A stretch of 64,000 nucleotides of DNA from Octopus sinensis (GCF_006345805.1 NC_043013.1:2852001-2916000); one strand, 5' to 3'; positions 13,060-24,720 are shown, numbered from the stretch's first letter. Numbers and translations: made by a program. The notes: generated by a model from the sequence alone, not told the origin.

Positions 13060-13820
13060 TATGTTTCCCTCACACTCCACTAGCTCTGGTCAACCATTGC
13101 TCCAAATTACTCCTCAAACCATCACAGAATAGTTGCCGTGTTTCATTGTTGGCTGCAATCTTTTCACATCAAATTCTTGATCCCACAGTATCCAGACCCA
13201 CACTCGACCACTGTTAGGAAAAACAGCAAATCTGGACTCATCAGAGAATATGACAGTGTCCCAAAATGCTAGTGACCTCTCTACCATCTCAGTGGCCCAA
13301 ACTTTTCCCCGCTTGATGTTGGCTGGTCGATGAAGTAGCTTCCTTCTTGCTGCTCTGCCATAGTAACCATTTTTGTGGAGATACCTGACAGCTATTTTGG
13401 GGACTGACATCAACATGTTCTGCTACGTAAAAAGCCTTGCAATGAGGATTACCATCCACACTTCTCTTAACAAAGAGAATGGTCCAGTGAGAGGGCCCTG
13501 GCTGGTCTGGGAGAGATGATGTGGACTTATTCCACTCTCTGATGAATTGCACAATCACTCTATTAACTGTAGAAAGTGGGATCCCAAGACTTTCTGCGAT
13601 TTTATGCTGACTATGTCCACCTTCAGAATGACCCACTATACGGCTTCTTTGAAATTCAGACAGTTCCAAGCCTTCTTTTGTACATGGTATAATTAAGCAG
13701 TTACATACAGAACCTAAAACATAAAAAAGTCAATTAATAATAAATATATACTTGTACAAGTTAGAATAAACATAAAACGATGTTTTATGGGTTGTCTATT
13801 TACTTCTGTCATGCATGTGT
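13060..13820 (-). mobile_element. Second, related Tc1 copy, 3'-truncated
   Basis: [40 protein letters not shown] (HTH); [10 protein letters not shown]; FWDTVIFSDESRF; one TIR-like end gttgtctatttacttctgtcatg. Confidence 0.9.
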
Positions 13821-13827
13821 ATATATA

Positions 13828-14017
13828 CAAATAAGATGATAATTTTCTTTCGAACACAGAGATGCCGTAAGAACGGTAGAATTATTGGATAAATTACCCT
13901 TAAACAGCGGGAAAACTTATTCCATAGCTGGCTGCTGACAAATTTTTCCGTTTTGTAAGAGTAGTTTACCCGATATTTCTGCCGCTCTTATTCGAAAATA
14001 AATTATCATCTTATTTG
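13828..14017. mobile_element. MITE, 190 bp
   Basis: 27-bp TIRs caaataagatgataattttctttcgaa / ttcgaaaataaattatcatcttatttg. Confidence 0.7.
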
Positions 14018-14093
14018 TCTTTATATATACACATTTCGGCGCTTACAAAAAAAAAAATGTTTATATTTATACACGTGGTTGCTTCGCCTATGG

Positions 14094-14151
<58 letters not shown>

Positions 14152-15211
14152 CATAATATTATATATGTGTATATAATATTGCATATGTATGTGCGTGTAT
14201 ATAGATATGAGCAAAAAACATAAGGCAGATACACGGCAAAAATATATACGAAGAATACGAAAATAAAAAAAAGATGTAAACATACTCATTCCCCCCATCA
14301 GTTGCCGATCAAATATCATCACAATATCCGGACCCTCCAGCAATATTGTTCAATATGGTGGTGTGAGCATCATTAGCTGCTTGAGTAATGACGAGCAGTC
14401 ACAATAGATGGACAAAGACAGAGAAAAAAAGGGGAAAAAAAATTAGATTATTGCTAATTTGGTGTATGAGACCGTAACGTAACACGAACCAAATATTAAT
14501 TTAGAAATAACAGATAAAATGGCACATATATGTACGTCATCGTACACACTCGCACGCACGCACACACATGCACATGCGTGCGCATTGAGTGAGTGAGTGA
14601 GGGAAAGAGAGAGAGAGAGAGATGTTAGAAGAAAGTAAAGGAAGCCTCTGAAGCAGTAATTAACTTTTGATAGTTGCAATATTGCAAAGGAAAGTTTGCC
14701 AAATCAAGAAATCTCCGAAAATATTGTACTATGTGTATTTATCAATTTTAAGGGTCCTAAGTTTGTGATTCTTTAACTCCAGGTCATTCTTGATCGAATA
14801 GCCTTTTGATTCACGAGTAGTCGACCGAATGATGAGGCGCATTTACAAATCCGGAGAAGCCTTAAGGTAAGTCCTCGACCTGCAAGAAATTGCAGCTAAA
14901 TCTTCATCAAATATGACCTTATCATCTTAAAAATGGCCAAATATACAGAATAAACAAGCCGATAATATATGAAGGAGAATAAAATTACAAGATGATAGTG
15001 AAGCAATGGTATGGCGGTGTTGTTTAACAGCTGAACTCTGATCGACCAGAGTTACGCTGGACGCCCGAGGACCACTGTGAACACTCCAGCATGCAGTGAT
15101 GAATCGCTTGTAAAGAAGCGACGGTCCAGATGCATTGCGTTCTCTGTGCTATCCAGTCCATTTCTATAGATTCTGGTGACAGTCACGAAGCAGACAAGAA
15201 GATGAAGACAA

Positions 15212-15810
15212 GGCGGCGAGTTGGCAGAGTCGTTAGCACGCCGGACGAAATGCGTAGCCGTATTTCGTCTGTCGTTACGTTCGGAGTTCAAATTCCGCCG
15301 AGGTCGACTTTGCCTTTCATCCTTTCGGGCTCGATTAAGTAAGTACCAGTTACGCACTGGGGTCGATGTAATCGACTTAATCCGTTTGTCTGTCCTTGTT
15401 TGTCCTCTCCGTGTTTAGCTCTTTGTGGGTAGTAAAGAAATAGGTATTTCGTCTGTCAGTACGTTCTGAGTTCAAATTCCGCCGAGGTCGACTTTGCCTT
15501 TCATCCTTTCGGGGTCGATTAAATAAGTACCAGTTACGCACTGGGGTCGATATAATCGACTTAATCCGTTTGTCTGTCCTTGTTTGTCCCCTCCGTGTTT
15601 AGCTCTTTGTGGGTAGTAAAGAAATAGGTATTTCGTCTGTCAGTACGTTCTGAGTTCAAATTCCGCCGAGGTCGACTTTGCCTTTCATCCTTTCGGGCTC
15701 GATTAAGTAAGTACCAGTTAAGCACTGGGGTCGATATAATCGACTTAATCCGTTTGTCTGTCCTTGTTTGTCCCCTCTGTGTTTAGCCCCTTGTGGGCAG
15801 TAAAGAAATA
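15212..15810 (+). mobile_element. Deu/Nin-like SINE: one head plus three tandem 184-bp units
   Basis: Units begin gtatttcgtctg at 15260, 15444, 15628. Confidence 0.92.
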
Positions 15811-16434
15811 AGAAGGTGAAGACTTGGTCTTGGAGCAAAAGTCTTTCAACACCTTCTTCCTGGATGGTATACAACTCCATACAATAATTCTGTTATTGTG
15901 CAATGATACGAGGGGGGTTAATGATGTTGATATGGCATCTATTTCTCTGTAATAATGGTGAGACACATCACTGCACTTCAGATTAGAACTTGAGCGAGGA
16001 TAGACAGAGTCCAAGAGGGAGACTATACAGAGTTGCCTGACTCACTAGAAAGAGCAGCAAAATAACGAAGAATGATACATTGCATAATGTAATTCTAGAT
16101 GTACTGTTTAAATAAAAGATATATACGGCTAGAATACCCTTGATTATTATAAAAACGCGCGATCAGAGCTCATACGGAGCTAAACAACAACAACAGCAGC
16201 AGCAGCAACAACAAGAACAGCAACAACAAGAACAACAACAACAACAAGAACAACAACAACAACAACAACGGTAAAATACAAGTAAAAGAAAAAGTCTCTT
16301 ACACGGTTACTCGACCTCCTTGGAAATAGCATCCGAAAACATCCTTTATATCACACTCTGCCTAACTGTTGGTCATAAGTCTGCTCGATCAGGTTTGGCC
16401 TATGACTAAACAACAACAACAACAGCAACAACAA

Positions 16435-16835
16435 GTGGAGGCGCAATGGCCCAGTGGTTGGGGCAGCGGACTCGCGGTCGGAGGATCGCGGTTTCGATTC
16501 CCAGACCGGGCGTTGAGTCTTTTTATTGAGCGAAAACTCCACGAGGCTCCGGCAGGGGTGGTGGCGACCCCTGTTGTACTCTTTCGCTCCATCTTTCTCT
16601 CACTCTTTCTTCCTGTTTCTTGTCCCCGACTTCCTACGCAACCGCTGAGCCTGGATGCGCATTCATCCATCTGTCGATGCTCTCGGTGTCGGGGGTTAAC
16701 CTGCTTTCTCTTCTGCGGGTCTTACGAATAGCAAAAGGACCACGTTTCGGATTTCTCCCACTACGGACAATCCTGAGGCGCGATCTTGCGAGCTCTGGGA
16801 CGAAGACCGCTTCGCTCAACAAACAAACAAACAAA
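16435..16835 (+). mobile_element. tRNA-derived SINE (gtggaggc head), long-tail variant, in (CAA)n
   Basis: A box tggcccagtgg, B box ggtttcgattccc; head and body shared with 20328-20629; (AAAC)n tail. Confidence 0.85.
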
Positions 16836-17544
16836 TAGCAACAACAACAATTTGTGAAAGCAAGCCACAGCACTCCCTTATGTTCTTTAACTTACTTTGG
16901 CCATATTCTAATACACAATTAGCTTCTCTTTTTCGACGTTTTAATTAACTCTGAAGACGAACAACTCATCTAGGTGAGTTTCGAGCTGCAGGTAATAAGG
17001 CCTTGGATTATTTACTGCAATCGTTCTCAACTGTGTTTTGCCTAGGGACTCCTTCGATTGCTGGTTTATTCTGCTGGACATCGTGCACCACTAATTCCAC
17101 GTTTAATAAGTAATTTTACAGATATTTCTTTCAAAATTCCAATTTTTACTTTCCACCTATTTCTTTCATGCTGCTTTTCAAATTTCCCAAAATCCTCAAA
17201 TTTGGACTTTGTGTGTGTCTGTATTCTGAAGGCGCACGTGCGCGCGTGTGTGCGCATGTGTATGTGTGTGCGTGTGCGCGCACGCACGAACGTGTGTGTG
17301 TGTATGCATATTTGAATGTGTGTTTGTATGAAATCATACTTGAACGTTCACACACATGTACGCATACATACACTCATGTATATATATACCTGTTGTATGT
17401 ATATATAAATATATGTGTATATATGTGTGTGTATATACATATTTAAATATATGTGTGCTAGAGCTGAAACGTGTCTATATATTGTGAATTTGTGCGTTTG
17501 TTTGTATGTGAGCGTATTTAATGTATGTATATGTGTTAAAGAAG

Positions 17545-17556
17545 AGAGAGAAAGAG

Positions 17557-17621
<65 letters not shown>

Positions 17622-17822
17622 GAGAAAGAGTGAGATAGGCGAGAGGGAGAGAGAGGGGGTGTGTGTGTGTTTGTGTGTGCGCGCGTGTGTCTCCTCATTT
17701 TAATTCTTTAATCTCGTAATCCTGTAATCCGGCACCTGGATTATCGGCGTTATTGCATATAACATTGACAGGAGTCGTAACGGTGACTGTGATGATGATG
17801 ATGATGTTGTAGTAGTAGTAGT

Positions 17823-17888
<66 letters not shown>

Positions 17889-17890
17889 TA
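17545..17890. repeat. (AG)-rich and (TAG)n/(CAG)n microsatellites
   Basis: Directly visible. Confidence 0.9.
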
Positions 17891-18065
17891 TTGTTGCTGG
17901 TGGCGTGCTGTGGTAGTGCATGGAGGACAGTTTTATTTATCGTATGTGAAAAGATTAGCATGTAACGTGGAGATTCAGTGTAGAAGTTGAGTGCTTCGGT
18001 GCAAGTTGGGTTGGGAAGATGTGTGTAAGTCTAGACATGAAAACACACCATTTTCATATATATAT

Positions 18066-18100
<35 letters not shown>

Positions 18101-18534
18101 CAAACATACACACACGCACATACACCCAAAAGCGACAGCTACAACCACAAAATCGATGTCAGCTGCAATTTCATATATTAAGAGACAAACTCCGTTGGCC
18201 AGGCCTAATCTGTCTGGATGGCCACCTCAGTGACTAAACACTTTTAGCCTTGACAACGCTTTTAGTCTTGACAACGTTGGTGTTTGTCGTAAGTCAATTC
18301 TGATTGGGTATACCTATGATCAAAGGCTTTTTACCTGTAATCATCCCGTCTTTAACCTCAGTGCATGTAAACCAGGGCCAGATTTCCGAACGTATAATTC
18401 GAGTGGGATTTCCCATTCGAGTGGGATTTTACTGCTCTTTCTAGTTGGTGGAACTAACTAGCAGTGTCATTAGAAAGAAGGACAAAATGACTTGCATATG
18501 TTCTGGCTGTCTGCTCTCTGGGTTCAAATTTCAC

Positions 18535-18930
18535 CTCTTTACTCTTTTACTCTTTTACTTGTTTCAGTCATTTGACTGCGGCCATGCTGGAGCACCGCCT
18601 TTAGTCGAGCAACTCGACCCCGGGACTTATTCTTTTTGTAAGCCCAGTACTTATTCTATCGGTCTCTTTTTGCCGAACCGCTAAGTGACAGGGACGTAAA
18701 CACACCAGCATCGGTTGTCAAGCAAGGCTAGGGGAACAAACACAGACACACAAACACGCACACATACATATATATATATACATATATACGACAGGCTTCT
18801 TTCAGTTTCCGTCTACCAAATCCACTCACAAGGCATTGGTCGGCCCGGGGCTATAGCAGAAGACACTTGCCCAAGATGCCACGCAGTGGGACTGAACCCG
18901 GAACCATGTGGTTGGTTAGCAAGCTACTTA
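18535..18930 (-). mobile_element. Near full-length CORE-like tRNA-derived SINE
   Basis: Reverse complement matches 63486-63897 including (AAGAGTA)n tail. Confidence 0.9.
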
Positions 18931-19749
18931 ATCTCAGTTTTTACCTTTTATTCTTTCGGGATCGAGTCCAGGACAGCGTCGAACAGGATGCCTCATGGTA
19001 TCTATTCCAGTTCTCTTCTTTCTGAGTTATCGGGTCGAGGAGTTAACCCTTCACACGGTTTAATCCACTACCTGGTTCTTGGATGCTTTTAGCAGCAGTT
19101 CGCTCTATTGCAGGCATTCGGGTTAGGTCCCCGGTTTGAAGCTGACTTGCTCCCTTTCTCACACTACATTTGGAGACGCTCGAAAAACGAAGTATCGTGG
19201 ATGCTGCTCTGCCCTCCTTAAATAAACGGTCAAATTAAAAATACGAATATTACATACGGGCTCTCTATCCTAAAGGTCATATTCGTCTCTATATTCTAAA
19301 GGTCACACTCGTCCCTTTAACACTGCCGTCTTCCACACCAATAAAACTGAGCATGTATCATTAACATCAGTGTGCCCGAGCTTGTTGAAGAGTAGTTTTC
19401 GCTGTCTTGATCCTATCATCGCGTATTTTCTACATTTTATCGATCGCAGTGGGTGCCTTTCGACTGACTGTTCGATCACACCCAGATGAAAGTACTGGGT
19501 ACTTGTGGTCTCAGCACACTTTTAATCATGTGCCGTATTTTCCAAGTATTTAAAATATGGTTGAGCGGTTAAGAAGCTTTCTTCCAACAATGTGGTCTTA
19601 GGTTCAGTCCCTCTGCGCGGCACCTTACCCGAATGTCTTGTGATATAGCCCCGGGATGACTAAAGCCTTGTGAGTGGATTTATAGACGGAAACAAACAAA
19701 TCCCGTCGTGTATATATATATATATATATATATATAGTCATAAATGCCT

Positions 19750-20920
19750 TCCTCCTCCACTTTACCGAAACCTTAACGCTTGACCTCTCACCCCGAAGAG
19801 ACCCTAACGAATAATACTGCCATCTTATCTTTATTTTTTTTTCTTTTGATTTTTGATTTTATTTTACTTTCGCTCTCATTCATTCTTTCCCGCACCTATC
19901 TCATTCCTTTTTTATCTCTCTTCCCTCTTCTCTTTCTTCACTCGCAACCCCTATCTGTCTATCATGATGACAGTCCTCACGCAGACCATTTTCTTACTAG
20001 CTAACCACATAATCTATTCCTTCAATATGAACGCAACATTCAAAATACTGTCAAAATACTCTCTGGATTTACCTGGGATTACACTGAAGGATCTATACCT
20101 TCACGGAAGTACGGACCAACCTCCATACCCTCTTGAAGAAGATGAGCTGTGAACTTTATTCTCTTGAATTCTTCTGTCTACTGTTTTACTCTTTATTCTT
20201 CTATCTACTATTCTATTCCTTTCTAAACTGCGAATTTCCTGTCTACAACTTTCACACGTACTCACCTTATCTCTGATGACGGAATACCCAGTGTATGGCG
20301 ATGCTAACCTATCACTTGGGATATCCTGTGGAGGCACATGGTCTAGTGGTTAGGGTAGAGGACTCGCGGTCGAGGGATCGCGGGTTCGAATCTCAGACCG
20401 GGCGATGTGTGTGTTTATGAGGGAAACGCCTAAGCTCCACGCGGCTCCGGCAGAAGGTAATGGCGAACTTCTGCTGACTCTTTCGCTACAAATACCTGTA
20501 TCACTCTTTCCTCCTGCATCCTGCAGATCACCTGCGATGGACCGGCGTCCCGTCCAGGTGGAGAACCTATACGCTAAGGAAACCGGGAAACCGGTCCTTA
20601 TGAGCCAAGCGTGGTTCGAGAAGGAACAAACTTGGGATATCCTAGAAACAGCTGTAAGACTTCCAATAATTAATTAACAAATTAATTAATTACCTCAAAT
20701 TCACCTTATTCTGGTTAAATATTCTAAAAGATTTGAGATACTAGTCATGCCTTGGTTTTTGTTGTCCCTTTCCTCAAATATATTGCTGCTAACTCGGAAG
20801 CCAATTACCCTTGCTCCAGCCTCAGCTGTGAACTTGGAACCTAACGGACGACCAATAATAGCATTTATACAGCGTACCTATTCGTTTAAATCACCAGTGA
20901 ACTAAACCCCTAATATTCTA
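19750..20920 (+). mobile_element. Probable Penelope-like 3'/terminal region with an HHR split by a SINE
   Basis: CTGATGA at 20273 and GAAAC-AGCT-GTA at 20645 rejoin when the SINE and one TSD are removed; pyrimidine-rich flanks; no GIY-YIG recognised. Confidence 0.5.
20328..20629 (+). mobile_element. tRNA-derived SINE with V/Meta-like central domain, 14-bp TSD
   Basis: TSD ACTTGGGATATCCT at 20314-20327 and 20630-20643; domain cctgcgatggaccggcgtcccgtccagg...gaaaccggg (domain naming from memory of SINE superfamilies). Confidence 0.88.
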
Positions 20921-21266
20921 TATGTAAATGTATGTATGTATGTATGTATGTATGTATGTATGTATGTATGTATGTATGTATGTAGTTTTCTTTTGTGTTT
21001 AAATGTACACTATTTTCAAATATGAATATGTTGTCTATTGACTATTTATACATGCTAGGCCACTGGTGGTGATATTTATAACAAATATTCGCTACCCTAT
21101 ATATGTATCTTATGAATATGTTCTTAGCATTCTCGAAGAATTCAGCTCGGCATTGTATTTATTGCCGACTGTAAATGCGCCTGCGCGCGGAATTTTGAAA
21201 AATTATAACATATAATGACGGGACACGTGTTATCTTGTCCCTGAATTATAAGTTAGTTATTGAGGC

Positions 21267-21377
21267 CGGTTACTGACGAGAATTTGCCTGGTGGATAATA
21301 TTCTTTTGCTAAATCACCTATTAAAGAATGGCAAATAATCTTATTTGCTAAAGAAATTCGAAACCATTGTATAACCG
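21267..21377 (+). ncRNA. Type I hammerhead ribozyme candidate with intact core and extended helix II
   Basis: CGGTTA-CTGACGA-GAATTT...(68 nt)...AAATTC-GAAAC-CATT-GT-A-TAACCG: 6-bp helix I, 6-bp helix II with G10.1-C11.1, 2-bp helix III, GUA site. Confidence 0.72.
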
Positions 21378-21538
21378 CTAATAAAAATAACAAGGTAAAA
21401 GTTTTTTATTTTTCATTTACTTCAAAAATTGCTATTAAATCGTGGTTTTGGCGTGTGTTGGCTGCTATTTCTAGCATGTCAAAATTACCTGTTAAAGGGT
21501 AGTTTTTCTGTTTGTTTAAATGTACACTATTTCATAAT

Positions 21539-21596
<58 letters not shown>

Positions 21597-21698
21597 AGAT
21601 ATATATATATATATATAGATATATAGATAGATATAGATAGATAGATAGATAGATAGTTAGATAGATAGATAGATAGATAGATAGAAGTAGATAGATAG

Positions 21699-21737
<39 letters not shown>

Positions 21738-21769
21738 GATATAGATATAAATATATGTATAATTATGGA

Positions 21770-22000
21770 TGTTTATGTGTCTTTGTGTCTGTGTTTGTCC
21801 CTCCCCCACCATCGCTGCTTTACAGCCGGTGTTGGTGTATTTATGTCACCGTAAATAAGCAGTTCTGCAATAGAAACCGATAGAATAAGTACTATGCTAA
21901 AAGAAAAAGTCCTGGGATCTTCGAATAAAATTCTTCAAGGCGTTGCTCCAGCATGACCGCATTCAACTGAGTGAAACAAGTAAACGAATAAAAGAATAAA
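21770..22000 (+). mobile_element. 3' half of CORE-like SINE
   Basis: gtgtctgtgtttgtccc...gatagaataagtact...gctccagcatgacc...gaaacaagtaaa. Confidence 0.75.
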
Positions 22001-22070
22001 AGAATGTGTGTGCACGTGTGTGTGTGTACATGTGTGTGTTGTGTGTGTGTGTGTGTGTGTGTACATATAT

Positions 22071-22340
22071 GCTCGAAACGTAAAACAACCATTCTTTTCC
22101 TTCACTGACTGTCTTACTAATAATGTGCTACGTCCTCACGTTGTTGTTTTTTAATTGACTATATATATATATAGCAGGAAAGTTTACGAAAATAAACAAA
22201 ATACGAAGGCAGGTGGAGTACAAACAAACAAATGTCTTAGTATGGCGCTCAGGAATAGAAATAGAACAAGTCTTTTACGTTTCGAGCCGACGCTCTTCGA
22301 CAGAAAGATACGCAGAAAAAAAAGGAGAGGAAAAAGATGC
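22071..22340. mobile_element. Two Penelope-like terminal repeats tail-to-tail around (TA)n; HHR-like motif at 22271-22308 (minus)
   Basis: Left piece starts gctcgaaacgtaaaa (HHR 3' half); right piece on minus reads tcttt CTGTCGA A GAGC gtcg GCTC GAAAC GTA aaaga. Confidence 0.7.
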
Positions 22341-22356
22341 ATGTAGGAGCTTACGA

Positions 22357-22412
<56 letters not shown>

Positions 22413-22885
22413 TATACATATATATATATACCGGCCTTCCCCATTAAATTATACACTGCTCTACATCTTAGAGAGTACTTTTTCTCCGGATTTATGTTTT
22501 CTACAAACGATCCTATATGTATATGTATATATATATATATACATATGTGTGTGTGTGGTGTGTGGTGTATATATATATATACATATATATATATAATATA
22601 TATATATTATGCATGCACCACGTTCGCGCGTTGTTGTTTTTTTTGTTGTTTTTTCCTGTCTTTTCCGGGTTTTTTTTATTAATTACACACACACCAACAC
22701 ACACACACACACAAATACATATACATATACATATATAAAACATGTATATTAATGCTTGTTTTTATGTTCATTTATGATAAAAGGTTTACATTAATCTGAT
22801 AAGTTAGTCTCTAATACATGGCCGTCTGACGATGGCTTATCTGACCGAAACTTCGAAGTCATCGTCAACAACTTCCTTAAGAATA

Positions 22886-22932
<47 letters not shown>

Positions 22933-22938
22933 GTGTGT

Positions 22939-22978
<40 letters not shown>

Positions 22979-23498
22979 AACAATGAATAACAATGTCGTT
23001 TCTGATAATTTTCTCCGCTTTAATGACTAGACGTTTACAAATCATATATATACATATATATGTATGTGCGCGCGTGCATGTATACATGTAAGTATGCATG
23101 TATATACATATGTATGCATGCATGTATCTATGTATGTATATATACGTATGCGTGTATGTATGACATGGCACAAGACAAACCTTTGCAGGGGAAAGTGTAC
23201 AGCTTAGTGAACCGTTTCGACCTCTCAAGAATACAGAGAAAGAGCATGAATTAGCCTGTGAGACATTCAGTCCCGCTCTCCCTTACTTCTAACAATTCAT
23301 TGCCTTCCATACAAAACAATTTATGATAGCGTTGATTCTTGTGTCGTGTCATGCTTTGCTAACCATCTTTTCACCTGACTGACTCGCTTTTAGAAGGTTC
23401 TTGACGTTGAAATGGTGCTACACGTGGAAAGGATGTGTGCTGCTAACAGTGTGATCATTGTAGCTTTAAATAAGATCCAATTGTTGGGTATACCACAG

Positions 23499-23499
<1 letters not shown>

Positions 23500-23550
<51 letters not shown>

Positions 23551-23581
23551 TTTCTTTCTTTCTTTCTTTCTTTCTTTTTTC

Positions 23582-23619
<38 letters not shown>

Positions 23620-23620
23620 A
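23500..23620. repeat. (TTTC)n microsatellite
   Basis: Directly visible. Confidence 0.95.
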
Positions 23621-23663
23621 TTTCACATTATTATCATTATTAATATTCTTGTTGTTGTTGTCA

Positions 23664-23868
23664 AGGCAGCAAGCAGTTAGAATCGTAAGTACCCCAGGCA
23701 AAATGCTCAGTGGCGTTTTATTCGGCTCTACATGTTCTAGGTTCAAATCCGGCCGTGGTCGACTTTGTCTTTCATCCTTTCGATAAAATTAGTACCAGTT
23801 GCACATTGGAGTATATGTAATCGGCTTGCCTCCTCTAAATTTGCCGACCTTGTACCAAGATTTGAAAC
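23664..23868 (+). mobile_element. Diverged Deu/Nin-like SINE
   Basis: ggttcaaatccggccgtggtcgactttgtctttcatcctttcg...agtaccag. Confidence 0.75.
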
Positions 23869-23936
23869 TCTTATTATTGTTGCTGTTGTTGTTGTTGTTG
23901 TTGTTAATATTATTATCATTATTATTATTATTATTA

Positions 23937-23992
<56 letters not shown>

Positions 23993-24017
23993 CATCATCA
24001 TCATCATCATCATTATT

Positions 24018-24350
24018 GAGTCAGAGAGCAGCGCATGCCTTCAAAGTGACACTGGAGTACAATTATACGAAGCCCAGTATACCCATCATGACTACCCGTC
24101 TGATAAGAGTACACCAGGCACATGCATCACAACCATATATGCGCGACATGGTGATCTTATATCAAGATAAACAGCACATGACCTTGCAGATGGGGCCCAG
24201 TTAGAATTTTCTTCAAGTTGAGTAGCCCATCCCGCTCAGAAAGTCCCTGAATAAGGTTTGTTTAAGGATGATGAACGAAACACCTGTTTCCAGAGATCAA
24301 ACCCCAAAGAATCCCTCTCAACACATGGCTATGATGATCCCCCACTACTT
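24018..24350. repeat. Dispersed repeat embedded in (TTA)/(TCA)n, truncated copy
   Basis: Co-linear with 26956-27430; joins a SINE-body fragment at 24351. Confidence 0.85.
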
Positions 24351-24494
24351 CGGCGGGGAGTAGTGGTGAACCCCGCTGTACTCTTTCACCACAACTTTCT
24401 CTCATTCTTTCTTCCTACTTCTGTCACAAAGCAGAGGATCCATAGTGTAACCCACTATGGTGTGGTAAACTTTCAAACCCTAGTCTAGATTGCG

Positions 24495-24720
24495 AAGAAG
24501 AAGAAGAAGAAGAAGAAGGAGGAGAGGAGGAGGAGGAGGAGGAGGAGGGGGAGGAGGGGGAGGAGAAGAAGAAGAAGAATAAGAAGAAGTAGTAGTAGTA
24601 GAAGAAGAAGAAGAAGAAGAAGAAGAAGAAGGAGGAGAGGAGGAGGAGAAGAGAAGAAGAAGAAGAAGAAGAAGAAGAAGAAGAAGAAGAGAAGAAGAAG
24701 AAGAAGAAGAAGAAGACAGC
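24495..24720. repeat. (GAA)n/(GGA)n array
   Basis: Directly visible. Confidence 0.95.

Noticed and set aside
14280-14400. Minus-strand exon candidate ending at a GTATGT donor
   Set aside because: All three frames contain stops between the candidate acceptor and donor.
15212-15810. Regularly spaced repeats as a CRISPR array
   Set aside because: Units are 184 bp, contiguous, without unique spacers, and are SINE bodies.
16435-16520. SINE heads as tRNA genes (also 20328, 51509, 63486)
   Set aside because: A/B boxes are present but no complete cloverleaf, and each continues into SINE body sequence.
16951-16992. CTGAAGA followed by hairpin aactca/tgagtt as a hammerhead
   Set aside because: GAAA half of the core is missing.
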